Both the position numbers and the translations under genes were made by a program. The notes beneath the pieces were generated by a model that made no database searches, was not told the DNA's origin, and saw only the letters and a list, made by a program, of their open reading frames with translations. Shown here piece after piece: positions 37,777-50,492 of a DNA stretch of 64,000 nt. The stretch comes from Neocallimastix sp. 'constans'. Its lineage: Eukaryota. Location: NCBI GenBank assembly GCA_050613775.1, contig JBODTK010000143.1:1-64000 (forward strand), written 5' to 3'. Positions within the stretch are counted from its first letter, which is position 1, and each line of letters opens with the position of its first letter.

Positions 37777-38730
37777 CAATTGGAAAAAAGATTTCAAAAG
37801 ATAATTATGTGGCTAAATGTAATTATTCATTAAGCATTATTACAGTCTATGATAGTGAAAATAATATAGCGTATCATTATCCAGAAAAAATATATAATAG
37901 TTTATCTAAAAATGATGTAATTACCGAAAAAACAAAATTATGTACTAATGATTACTGCTGTCTAGAATTGTGGGATAAAAAAGCTAATTTTATTAATCCT
38001 AATGGAGAAATTAATATATTTTACAATAATGAAAAAGGAATATCTATTGATTCCTACGGACAACTTACTTTTATTAATAATAATATTGTATTTGACTTAA
38101 AAGGTTCTTAAGGTGTATACACTGCAAAATGTAATAAAGAACTGGGTAGTATCGTTATTTACAATAAAGAAAATCAAATATTATATAAATATCCAAATCA
38201 AATATTTGAAAATTTAACCATGGATAAATCATTAGTAGTACAATCAAAATTATGTATTGATGATTATTGTAGTCTTAAAATCAATAATGGCATCGTTTAT
38301 TATATACAAAAGAACGGTAGTAAAACAATATTAGTTTCCAATGAAAATAAAGTTACGCTTTCATCTTACGGTCAAATATCTTTAGTTCAAAATAAAAAAT
38401 TAATTGGCAAAAAAGGTTCTGGTGATAAATACATTGCAAAATGTAATAGTGATTCAGGTATTATTAATATATATGACAGTAATAACAAAATTGCCTATTA
38501 TTATCCTGATCAAAATATTAATTATTTAAGTAATAATAATGCTTTAATTGAAAATACACAGCTATGTACGGATGGTTATTGTTGTCTTGAAATCAATAAT
38601 GGCAATGTTTATTATATTCAAAAGAATGGTAGTAAAAATACAATAGGTTATAATGAAAATAAAATTACACTTTCAGCTTACGGTCAAATATCTTTAGTTA
38701 AAAATAAAATATATTAATTGGTAAAAAAGG
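37777..38730 (+). pseudogene. Gene fragment with three ~100-aa Cys-containing repeats (possibly a divergent bulb-type lectin fold)
   Basis: One frame read through TAA at 38109-38111, with a 2-bp slip near 38712. Repeat unit IGKKGSGDKYIAKCN..G.I.IYD.NN.IAY.YP...LCTD.YC.LEINNG.V.YIQKNG...TLS.YGQI.LV. Ends at a donor-like AG|GTATGA. Confidence 0.75.
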
Positions 38731-38819
38731 TATGATATAATAAAATTAAAATTAAAATTAAAAGCGTAAAATTTTAAAATCTTCAAAATAAATGACGTTA
38801 TTATAAAAATTTTGAAATT

Positions 38820-38857
<38 letters not shown>

Positions 38858-40583
38858 CGAGGCATAAATAAAAAAAATTATTTAATTTAAATGATTTATA
38901 AAAAAAAATATATATATATTTTTTCAAAGCAAACCACTTTTCCCTTTTTTTTTGTTTTTTTTTATTTTTTCATTTTTTATTTTCTTAATTTATTATAAAT
39001 GCTTGTAAAATAAAATTTATTTTATAATTATGTGATATATATTCACATGATACTTATTTATACACATAGTTTTATGAATAATTACATAAATTTTTTATAA
39101 TTACATATTTAGAGGTATAGAATTATTTTTTAAAAAGATATATATATTATTATAAAAATAAAAAACAAAGATATATTATTTTTACAAAAAAATTATATAT
39201 GTATTACTTTTTCACTTTAAATTTGAATTGAATATTTTTTATTTTTCTTTTTATTTTTTTTATTATCAAAATACGAACATTATATAATAAAAGATTTAAT
39301 ATTTTATAAATATCATACCTACCTATTTAATTATTAAAGTAATTTATTAAAAATTATAAATTTTATTTATTTTTATTCTTTATTTCCTTTAAATAAAAAT
39401 ATATTGTTATTTAATTTTCACTATTGATTATTTTATAATAATTAAGATTTTATAAAAAAATTTTTATTATTAATTGAAGTGCTCAAGTGATCCATTGATA
39501 GTAATATATATATGCTATATTTAACATATTTAATTGTTAACTTAATTCTTTTTTTCTTTTTTAAATTTAAATTTATTTATTGTTAAATTTTTTTTTGTTC
39601 CTAGTAAAAATTTTAGGATAAAATTAAAAATTTTTTCTTTGTTTTCTGATTATTATCGATAAAAAAAATAGTGTTATTATTATAAATATTAATATTAAAT
39701 TTATTATCTATTAGTTTATAATTTATATTTATATTTCTAATATGTTTTATATAATTATTTCTTTTTCTTTTTTCTTTTATTTTCATTTCTCTTTTTCAAA
39801 AATAAGTACATTATTAATTTATTTATTTATTTTATTTTTTTAATAGTTGAAATAAAAAGATATATATATATTTATTTGTCTTTTATGTATTTATGTATTA
39901 TTTATATTCTTATTAATTTTACTTTCTTTTTTTTATTTTTTTTTTTTAATTTTTTCTTTTCAATTAATAAATTAAGAATATATAATTTTACTTGAAATTT
40001 ATTAAAATATTTTATTTACTTTATTTTTATTTTTTTTGTTTTATTATTTGTTTGTTTTTTCAAATTAAACTTTAATACCCATGAATTCCTTTAAAAAAAG
40101 AATTTTTATTATTAAAATAATGAATTTTTTTTAATTGTTTTAATTAAATATTATTAGTATTAAAATGAAAACAATTTATTTTTTTTCTTATTTTTAATAT
40201 ATTTAATTATCATTATGTAATATGTATAAATAAAAATTAATAAATTTATATTTATTTCATATATATATATCAATTTTAAGAAGTACACTTTATCTCTATT
40301 TTCATGTATCATCTACTATAGTTCATTATATAATTTCTAATATAAAAATTTAAACTGTACATATTATCAGTCCTTTTTTTTGGTGGTATTTAAATACAAT
40401 AACTCTTTTTGAATAAATAATATGAAATTAATATCATTTCGACATAAAGATATTTCCATGTTAAATTATTGTTAATTTAAATATTTTCAATTTAATAATA
40501 ATTAATATAATTTTTCAATAAAATAATAAAAAAAATATAATTAATTAATAATATTAATACTTTTTTATTTTTTATTGGAAAAA

Positions 40584-40797
40584 AAGTAGGGAGGACTTGG
40601 TACTTATCTGGATGGTCCGGATGTCTTTTGATGGTGGTTGATGTAGAGTAGTAGGTTGGTGTCCATTAGGGTATTAAAATATATATTTATTATAATATAT
40701 ATATATTTTAATAACCTAATGGACAGCCCACCTACCTACTCCACATTCACAACCATCAAAAGACTTCCGGACCATCCAAACAAGTATCTTCCCCCCT
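40584..40797. repeat. Imperfect ~210-bp palindrome (MITE/foldback-like)
   Basis: GGATGGTCCGGATGTCTTTTGATGGT...TGTCCATTAGG is mirrored by CCTAATGGACA...ACCATCAAAAGACTTCCGGACCATCC; centre ~40691. Confidence 0.85.
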
Positions 40798-41049
40798 AAA
40801 TTCCTATTAAATAAGTATTAATAAAAAAAACAATAATATTAATTAATAAAAATTTTTTTATAAATAATAAATTATTAATTTAAAAACTAACATTATAAAT
40901 TTAAATATTAAATAATATAAAAATATTTACTTATAAGTATTAGAATTTCAAGTCCTAACGATTTTAAATTGTTAAATATAGATGTTATATTATAATATAA
41001 AAGTAATATTAATAAACAAAATAAGATTTAAATATAAAAAATAATTTAA

Positions 41050-41400
41050 TTAGTTTTGATAAATAAAAAAAAGAATACAATTTAAAAATAAAATAAAATA
41101 CTAAAAAGAATACAATTTTAATATTGATACAATATAATAATAATATAATAATATATTTGAAAATAAAAATAAAATATTAATATTGATAATAAACACTTTA
41201 ATAAAATAATAATATTTAAGGTTAAATTATAGATATTGATATTAATAATAAAAATATAGAATTATTGATAATATTTTAGAAACTTTTAATAAAAATATAA
41301 AAAAAAAATTATATTTATAAAATAATTTAGTATAGAAAATATAGTAAAGTAAAATTAAGTAAAGAACAATATAATGGATTCTAAAGTTGAAATTCAAATT
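41050..41400. repeat. Dispersed repeat with an inverted homologue at ~56900-57240
   Basis: TATAGATATTGATATTAATAATAAAAATATAGAATTATTGATAATA...GTAAAGTAA...ATAATGGAT is the reverse complement of 56900-57080. Confidence 0.75.
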
Positions 41401-41413
41401 AATAATCCATTAT

Positions 41414-42840
41414 ATGTTCGTTCTTTACCAAAAATTTCAGAAAAAGAAATCTTGGTATAGTAGCTAGAACTATGACCATGAATCGAACTACTCGGGTTAG
41501 ATTCACACTCAAAGCAAATTTTAATAATTTTTATTTTCATTTTCTAGATATTTCTTTCTGTAATTTCTTTAAGAATTTTATAGAAATTCTTAATAGTTAT
41601 AATTATATTTTATTCTGTTTTATTCCTTCTTTTTATTAGTTTCTATTTTTGTGGCTAAAATCGGTTTTAAACGAATTTTCCACAATTCTATAATTTTTCA
41701 AAATCATGAAAACTGTTTTTCCGAAAAAAGTATAAATAGGTATGAATTTTCACTTGAAAATATTTCTCTTCGTGCTTTTATCGTAGTTTATTATTATCAG
41801 TAATAAAACATCTTTCTAATAAAACAATTTTTAAATAAATAATTTAAATAAATAATTTAAATAAATAAATAAATAAAATAATAAATAAAAAACCAATATT
41901 ACTAATATTTCAGCACCGACCTCTTCCTAATTAACAAAGGAATCAAGTGCTCCAATATTAATATCTTGTATTTACTAATTCTTGTGTTTGGTTTGCCTAT
42001 TCTAAGTGTCCTTTTAGTATTTTAGCCACATTTTATTATAATCATTAATTTAAAGGTTAGAAAAAAAATAATTTAAAAATTTTCCTATAAAATTTTTTTT
42101 TAACTCTTTTAAAAATTTTATTTAATATAAAAATCGAAATCAAAGTAATGATTATTATTTATTAATGTAAAGGAAACACAAAAACGTTTTATAAGAATTA
42201 TTTAATATATATTTTAAGAAAACTATATTTACGAAAAAAGTATAAATTTGAGTGATTTCTTCAACAAAATATTCTAACCCTTATCTTTTCCATTCTACCT
42301 CTCTTTCTGGCTTATTTTTATATTTTTTTCTGGTTAAGTCAATCACTTCTTTCAGGCCATCGCCACTACTACTTTTGGTTTATTCTTCTAATTTTTCTGG
42401 CCATTTCTACTACTAATTCTGACTAATTCAATCAATCTTTCCTGGCCACTTTTACTACTAATGTCAATCAATTCAAAAATCCTTTATTAAAAATAATACT
42501 ATTTTTCTGCCTAATTAAGACTTGTAACTCGATCCATTCATTTAAATTTCTTAAAAATTCTAATAATCTTTTGGAAACTCCTTCTTTTGGAACATCTACC
42601 TTTTAGAAAATCTATTTATCTATTTGCTGATGAACGCCCTTATTTCAAAGGATTTCTCGCTAAAATTGAACATATTATTTTCATGCTCTATCCAGACTGA
42701 TTCGAAGAGGATACCACCAAAGTTGTTTATATCATTTCTAGAACTCTACGGAAAAACTATGAACTGGTCCGCTACTCTAATAAAAAAAAAAAAAGAGATC
42801 TTTTCCTTGACAACTATGAAAAACTCATTTCAAGTTAAAA
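41414..42840 (+). mobile_element. Element C: decayed 5' part (LTR, leader, gag start) of a related Gypsy
   Basis: tRNA-like segment 41446-41515; AAACTGTTTTTCCG..TATAAATA (41731); GTGCTTTTAT (41772-41781). Gag relic YFKGFLAKIE...KVVYIISR..MNWSATL at 42620-42830. LTR ends uncertain. Confidence 0.8.
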
Positions 42841-43494
42841 AAATGTTAAAAAAAAAAATTTGAAATTTTTGTAATCATTTTAAGTTATATTCTTTTGTAT
42901 TAATACCATCTAAAAATATACCACCTCTAATAGGATCATACCAACCTAATATTAATCCCATTTGAATAATATAAAATGATTTTATTAAAGAATATTAATT
43001 AGAAAATTATTATAAATTTCTTAAACTTTAATAAAAGAGAATCAGTTTATTCATATTTTTTTTTTTTAATAAATGTGGGATCATAGTATCTGTATACGTG
43101 TTAAATAATTTGACGGAAATCGAAAATAATCCAATCGTTATGAAATAATATTTTCATTACCTAATATTCTTTTTTTTAGCTTGGCTTCATTAATTGTATT
43201 ATACCAAATTCATTATCAAAATCTTGAATATTTATGAAGTCAATCGTTAAGAATATATTTTATTTTGATCGTTAATTTGAATAAATCTTTTCCATTGTTT
43301 TTAAAAAAATAAGTTTTTTTTTTTTATTTTCTAAAGATAAAAAAGCTATATAAATTTAACCTTTAACATCATTGAATTTAAAATTTCTTATTAAAATAAA
43401 ATTCGAATTATTATTATTTAGTTTCTAATTTTTTTTTACTATTTCTAAAGAAGTTATTTAATTTTATAAAAAAATATATAAATTTATTTCAATT

Positions 43495-43700
43495 TGAGCA
43501 CATTTGCCAACAAGTGGAATATGAATTTGGTTCATCTTCCTCTAAAAGGTTGCAGGAGCATTGTAAAGACTGAATAACATCACTTTATAACAAAAACTTC
43601 CAAAAAGAGAAGTGAAGCTAGTGATGTCTATATTTTATTAAGGAAACGGATAGAGACCACCCTACTCTAAATACTTTCCCAGAATCAAAAGGTAAAGTAT
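43495..43700 (-). pseudogene. Gypsy RT fragment
   Basis: Minus strand FGSFCYKVMLFSLYNAPATF*RKMN (compare [14 protein letters not shown]). Confidence 0.7.
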
Positions 43701-43849
43701 GTTTAATTAGAAATGAAAGCTTTAATTATGACTCATTAAAAAATCCAAAAAATACTAACCCTTATGAATTTTATTCATAATGATCAATATTTCTGAAAAG
43801 GGTTATGGAGAGTTCTAAATTCAAAACAGCACTAATATAAATTTTATAT

Positions 43850-45330
43850 TTAATTTAAGTAACTTACTCAACCCATTTCTAACGTTTAGAATGATATCTA
43901 ATAATTGTCCTGTACAGAGAGTGATGATAGTTCAATTCTTTGTCATTACATTTTTCCTTACTTTCATCTAGTTGGATATGACGTTCGATCTTTGATTTTC
44001 AATTAATTCCCTAATCTACTGGGTTCTTAAGCGTTCGATCATTATCTCAGATGATCTGTTCTTTTTTCTTTTCTAATGGGAAGAATTACTTAAAAATAGA
44101 TGGATGCAGCTGATTTAATTTTTCTGAAATGTCATGAGGCCTGAATGCTCTGCGCTGTGCTTGCTTTTTTCTTATAATCTTAAAGCAGGAGTATTGAGAA
44201 GTCTTTCCTTTTAATAGTGTTAACAAAACCATTCTCTTTTTTTTTTTTTGGTTGTCTTTATTGTTTTGGTTTGGGAACGAATTAAAAATGAAGTATTTTC
44301 ATTTATTTATGGGAGTGCTTCTACTCCCGTTTAAAAGTTTAAAGATTTGTTGTCACTATTGAAATTTTTTTTTTTTTTTATTTTCCTTCACAATTTGATT
44401 TAGTTTTGAACAGTCCGTCTCAATATGTTCCTTTTCTCTACAACAGAAGCAAGTTATTGTTGACACATCTTTAGAATTTTTCATGAATGGTGATTTAAAT
44501 ACCTCTTTTTTCTTTTTCTCTGTCTTATTTCTAATATTTTTGTTGAGTTGTTTTTGAGGTTATTAGAGTCTTCATTAAAATTCTTATTTAGTCCGTCAAA
44601 TTTCTCAATCAATAAGAATACTTTTTTCAAATTGATATTATTGCCTTTAAGAGTGTAATCAATCCGTCAATTAAAACAGATTATACCAATAAAAAATACT
44701 ACACAATTTAAACAAATAAAAATAAGTTAATTCTTTTATTAATAAATTCTTTTTATTAATTATAAATTTCTTTTATGTTATTAACTATAAAATAGTTAAT
44801 ATCTAATACATCGATTTAATTGAGAAAAATTACATGTATTGATATTTTTTCTTATTACATTATTAATATATGATGTTATTTAATAATATATATAAAACAA
44901 TTTATTTATAAACAAAAAAATTTAATACTTTTATTATTTATTAATTTACTAAAACTAAAATTAATTGTTTAAACTATTTATTTTATTTATTATTTTAATA
45001 CTTATAATAATTTTAATTATATTTAATATTGAAAAACTATTTTTATTAATTTTAACTATTTAAGATTATTCCTAAATTATTATTTAACTATTTAAGTCTA
45101 AACTAAGCTAACTAAACTAATTAAAAAATATTTTCAATTTAAAAAATAATTAAATTTTATTTCAATAAATTTTATATTAAAAAATTTCATATACATTAAA
45201 TAAATTAATTATACAAAAAAAAATTAAACTATTTAATGTATTAAAGATTTATTAAATCTTTACAAAGTGAAACCTTTTCCAAGTTTCATAATTAGGTTGG
45301 GGCTGGTCGATGTAGCCTAGGTCATTAATA
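43850..45330 (-). pseudogene. Copia-type gag relic interrupted by a solo LTR
   Basis: Knuckle-like ITCFCCREKEHIETDC (~44410-44460) and NYETWKR (~45270-45290) on the minus strand. Confidence 0.55.
44654..45264. mobile_element. Solo LTR related to 36650-37414, opposite orientation
   Basis: Right end reverse-complements to TGTAAAGATTTAATAAATCTTTAATA. TG...CA ends; flanks AAGAG / AAGTG (TSD with one mismatch). Confidence 0.75.
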
Positions 45331-45499
45331 ACTTTTTTCTTTTTTCCTATCTGACTATTGAGATTTTTATATTTATTATTAAATTTTTTTAATATTTTCG
45401 TTCTTATGGTTATAGTTATTTAATATTTTGAATGCTTTTCATAATTAATAAAACAAAAATTTTAAAAAAAAAAAATTATTTTTTTTTATTTCTTTATTA

Positions 45500-45681
45500 T
45501 TTGTATATTTAAGGTGTCAATGTATTGAGTTAACAAAGTTTTGCATAATGTTATTTAAACAATGAGTAAGGGAAACGTGTCTTTATTTAAAAAGAAACAA
45601 GCAAAACATTGTCAATGATATATACTTGGAGTGGTATGTAGATGACATATTAATAGTAGGTAAATGTAAAGAAATAGATAA

Positions 45682-45726
<45 letters not shown>

Positions 45727-46920
45727 AAAATAAATTTAAAATAAAAGAAATTGGAGATGTTGATTTCGTGATAGAAATAAAATTTATAAAATATGAAAAT
45801 GAGTATATATTAAACCAAAATAGAGATTTAATTGATTTATTAGATAAGTATGAGATTTTAGAAATAACATCTTTAAGGAACATAAGACCTTTAGAAAACA
45901 AAAAAATTAAGAAAACAAATAATAGATGAAACATTATATTGGGAGAGCTATATGAAGTATGAAGTCTTCTATATTTAGTAATATGTGCTTGATCCAATAT
46001 TATCTTTGCTGTTAGTAAAGCTACTAGGAAATCAAAGGAACCCACAATGAAAGACTGGAAAAATGTATGAAGGATATTTAGATACTGAAAAGGTACGATT
46101 TTTTTTTTTTTTTTGATTTAAGATTTTCAAGAAAAGAATCAATAGAAGCATTGGTTAATGCGAATTATGCTGGAGATGAAGAAACTAGAAGATCCACTAC
46201 CAGTTTCATTATATATATATGGGAGAGACACCTAAGAGTTGATGTTCCAAACTCCAACACTGAGTATCGACATTCACTGCTGAAGCAGAATACTACAGCC
46301 TAAACGAATGTTGTAAACAGTGTATCTGTTACTAAAATAAATTACAAGAATTAGATGACAAAATTAGTTATATAAATTTTCAATATTGAAAATAAAGTAA
46401 CCATATACAATAGTAAAAACAGATCCATCAATCCAAAAACAAAGCGCATAGATATCAGATTCTATTATTTAAGAAAATTAATAAATGGGAAATAAATTTA
46501 AACTGCACTACGTCAACTCTGAAAGAAATTCCTTAACAATACTCTTATGGATAAATTTAGGAAAAGCCTACAATATAAAACTTACGAATTAAACTTGAAA
46601 CTAAGTTATATTTGAGGGAAAATGTTAGAAAGAAATCATCAAATAATAATATTATTCATAAAGTAATGTTCATAAAATTAATATAAATTGTATATTTAAG
46701 ATATAAATTGCATTAATTTATAACTAAAAGTATTTATGTATTAAGTAATATAATAAAATTAAAATATAAAAGGAATACCATTATACCTTAAAAAACAATA
46801 TATATAAATGATAATAAAATATATATATAAAATCTATAATATTAAAGAATTTTACATTATTGTGTTAAAAATTTTAATAATTATTGAAACTAATCGATAA
46901 ATTAAAATTTAAATTAACAT
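45500..46920 (+). mobile_element. Copia RT/RNaseH relic with PPT and probable 3' LTR
   Basis: YVDD-like at ~45636, AVSKATRKS, STFTAEAEYY, KRIDIR. TTTGAGGGAAAA is followed by TGTTAG at ~46622. LTR end uncertain. Confidence 0.75.
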
Positions 46921-46958
46921 AAACTTTTATTTATTTTGATTTAATATATATATTACTT

Positions 46959-47300
46959 ATACAATTGTTAATTCTGAAAGTTTATTTAAATAATTACTAC
47001 TGTGTATATTATAAAAAATGTTAAAAAAACTTTTTTTTACATGGTTTTTTTGGTTTTATATTAATTTGTGGCTTTAATTCAACATATAAATATATATGTA
47101 TTGTATATTTAATAAATTTGTTTTTTTTTTATACAATTGTTAATTCTGAAAGTTTATTTAAATAATTACTACTGTGTATATTATAAAAAATGTTAAAAAA
47201 ACTTTTTTTTTACATGGTTTTTTTGGTTTTATATTAATTTGTGGCTTTAATTCAACATATAAATATATATGTATTGTATATTTAATAAATTTGATTGTTT
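46959..47300. repeat. Near-perfect ~172-bp tandem duplication
   Basis: ATACAATTGTTAATTCTGAAAG... starts at 46959 and at 47131. Confidence 0.9.
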
Positions 47301-48100
47301 TTTTTTTTTATTTTGTAAAAAAAAAAGAAATTTTATAATTAAGAAAATTATATTATTAAAATATATTATATAAATATTTATTCTAATAAATTTCATAAAT
47401 ATATATATATATATATGTAAAACAGCATTTAATTATATTATATACTTAATTGTTGATAAAGCTTTTATTAAAAAAAAAAAAAAAAAAAATAAGTGATTTA
47501 TTTAGTTTTGGATTTGGTTTTTAATTTTTTTTAACAAAATTACTTATAATAATATTTCTTCAAGAAAAAAAGATGGAATAATAATATTTCTTCAAGAAAA
47601 AAAACGATAGAAAACTTTTTTTATTATATATATTATATATATTATATTATATTATATTATTTATTATTATTTTTTTTTATTATTTATCATTTAAATTTTT
47701 AACATTGTAGTTATTTGAATTGAAAATAATAATATAAATAATAATGTATTTTTTTTTAAAAATATAATTAAATATTTTATATTACTTTGAAACTTAGAAT
47801 TTATCGAAAAAAAAAATATATATATTATATAAAATATATTTATATATTTTATATTTACCTATTATATAATTTAATTTTTATTATATTTAATTCATATTCT
47901 TTTGTAATACATAATAGTATAAAATGAGATTTTTTTTTATATTAAATATAAAATATATTTTTGTATTTAATAAATACCTTTGTAAATTTGACGTTATTTA
48001 CTTCTTTCGAAATAAATAAGAAAATTAAACAAAAAAAAAATTTATATCATCATTTAATTCTATCGTTTTTTTTAAAAAAGAAAAAAATTTTATAATCAAT

Positions 48101-48136
<36 letters not shown>

Positions 48137-48259
48137 ATTAAAAAATTAATATGAATTATTAATCAAAAATTTATATATTATATTCAAATATCATATAATA
48201 AAAGGTATATCTTTACAGATGGTTACCAAGAAAATTTATACATATAAAAATAGTTTTAC

Positions 48260-48292
<33 letters not shown>

Positions 48293-48353
48293 GAAAAAAA
48301 GAAAGAAAAGAAAAAGTCTTAAGAGATATAATAACTATTAAAAAATTTTTAAA

Positions 48354-48614
48354 CCAGATAAATATAATTTTTATTAAATTTGAAAACCGGAATAACTTAT
48401 ATTAATTTCACTGATAGGATTTATTTTTATTTATTTTTTTTTAAAAAAAAATTATTTATACATTAAATAAAAAAAATAAAGCAATCCAGATAAATATAAT
48501 TTTTATTAAATTTGAAAACCGGAATAACTTATATTAATTTCACTGATAGGATTAATTTTTATTTATTTTTTTTTAAAAAAAAATATTTATATATTAAATA
48601 AAAAAAATAAAGCA
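48354..48614. repeat. ~132-bp tandem duplication
   Basis: CCAGATAAATATAATTTTTATTAAATTTGAAAACCGG starts at 48354 and at 48486. Confidence 0.9.
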
Positions 48615-48754
48615 TTAACTAAGTTATAAATTAAGATATTATTTAACAAAATAATAAAAATTTTGTAATTTATAAAAATAAAGTCTTGTTTTATTTATTA
48701 ATTAAAAATTGAATTTTAATTAAAAAAAAGTTTTTTTTTTTATTATAAATTAAA

Positions 48755-50492
48755 TATAATAAATAATAAATAATAAATAATAAATAAATAATAAATAAAT
48801 AAATAATAAATAAATAAATAATAAATAAATAAATAAATAATAAATAAATAAATAATAAATAGTAAATAAATAATAAATAAATAAATAAATAATAAATAGT
48901 AAATAAATAATAAATAAATAAATAAATAATAAATAAATAAATAAATAATAAATAAATAAATAAATAAATAAATAATAAATAATAAATAATAAATAAATAA
49001 TAAATAATAAATAATAAATATTAAATAATTTTTAGAAGGTTAAAATGGGTTTTATAATAAATGTTTATTATTATGTATTAATAACTAACCTCAGATTTAC
49101 AATTAAAGTAAAACCAGTTCTATTTATACAAGAACTGTGGCTAAATTTAGATACATGTTAATTTATTTAATTAATGTATTACATAATATGATTCGTATAT
49201 TCATATTAATTTAATCTAATTTAACATTTATTTATATATCATAAATTTCTACTTCTAACATTCCCCCTCAAACTTGATTTTCTGTTTATACAAAAATCTA
49301 GTTTGCTTCAAAGAAGTTTAAATTTATTTAGTTTTATATTATAAGTGCCGACTACGATGAATTTTTCATACAAGTTTATTTTTTGTCCCTTCATTGATAA
49401 TTTATATTTGCTTTTTGGTTTAGCAATAACCATAATTTATATGTTTTGTGGATTAACATTAACCATATTATTTTAGAGGTGACATTCTTGTTCGGTCTTA
49501 CTAATTTCACATTTATTTTATGTGGGGGTAATGTCCTTTCCTTTTTGTAATCATTGAGCTAGTTATGAAGGCTAGTAGTTCTTCTAAAATTCCGGCTATT
49601 ATAGCTGTTGTAATATAGATTTAACTTCTTTATATTTTTTGATTAAGAGTCTTTTGTAATTACCATTTTGAAATCTTCTATTACTTGTCAGCTTCTTTCG
49701 CTCAGTTGATTAGAGTCTTGAGACTCTTAATCTTTTAGAAGGTTAAAATGGGTTTTATAATAAATGTTTATTATTATGTATTAATAACTAACCTCAGATT
49801 TACAATTAAAGTAAAACCAGTTCTATTTATACAAGAACTGTGGCTAAATTTAGATACATGTTAATTTATTTAATTAATGTATTACATAATATGATTCGTA
49901 TATTCATATTAATTTAATCTAATTTAACATTTATTTATATATCATAAATTTCTACTTCTAACAATAATAAATATTAAATAATAAATAATAAATAATTAAA
50001 TAATAAATATTAAATAATAAATAATAAATAAAAAATAATAAGTAATAAATAATAAATAATAAATAATAAATAATAAATAAAAAATTATAAGTAATAAATA
50101 AATAATAAATAAATAAATAATAAATAGTAAATAAATAATAAATAAATAAATAAATAATAAATAAATAAATAAATAATAAATAGTAAATAAATAATAAATA
50201 AATAAATAATAAATAGTAAATAAATAATAAATAAATAAATAAATAAATAATAAATAAATAAATAATAAATAAATAAATAAATAATAAATAGTAAATAAAT
50301 AATAAATAAATAAATAATAAATAGTAAATAAATAATAAATAAATAAATAAATAAATAATAAATAAATAAATAAATAATAAATAAATAAATAAATAAATAA
50401 TAAATAATAAATAATAAATAATAAATAATAAATAATAAATAATAAATAATAAATAATAAATAATTGAATAATAAATAAATAATAAATAATAA
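48755..50492. repeat. (AATA/AAT)n simple-sequence tract split by the TRIM
   Basis: Directly visible. Gives rise to the spurious ORF 50085-50528. Confidence 0.9.
49030..49963 (-). mobile_element. TRIM (terminal-repeat retrotransposon in miniature), 934 bp
   Basis: 231-bp LTRs at 49030-49260 and 49733-49963, identical by eye. TSD ATAAT. PPT GAGGGGGAA (49261-49269), PBS GATTAAGAGTCTCA (49719-49732). Non-coding 472-bp interior. Confidence 0.93.

Larger units (their letters stand above)
26992..39483. repeat. Giant imperfect inverted repeat (foldback) of family R1
   Basis: Left arm 26992-28131 plus 34611-~36031; right arm ~36057-39483 is its reverse complement (outer ends GCACTTCA / TGAAGTGC). 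Each arm has its own insertions and deletions. Confidence 0.8.

Noticed and set aside
43495..43700. Cluster of hairpins suggesting a structured RNA
   Set aside because: The minus strand translates to a Gypsy RT fragment, so the stems are probably chance. This is a caution for the other by-eye structure calls.
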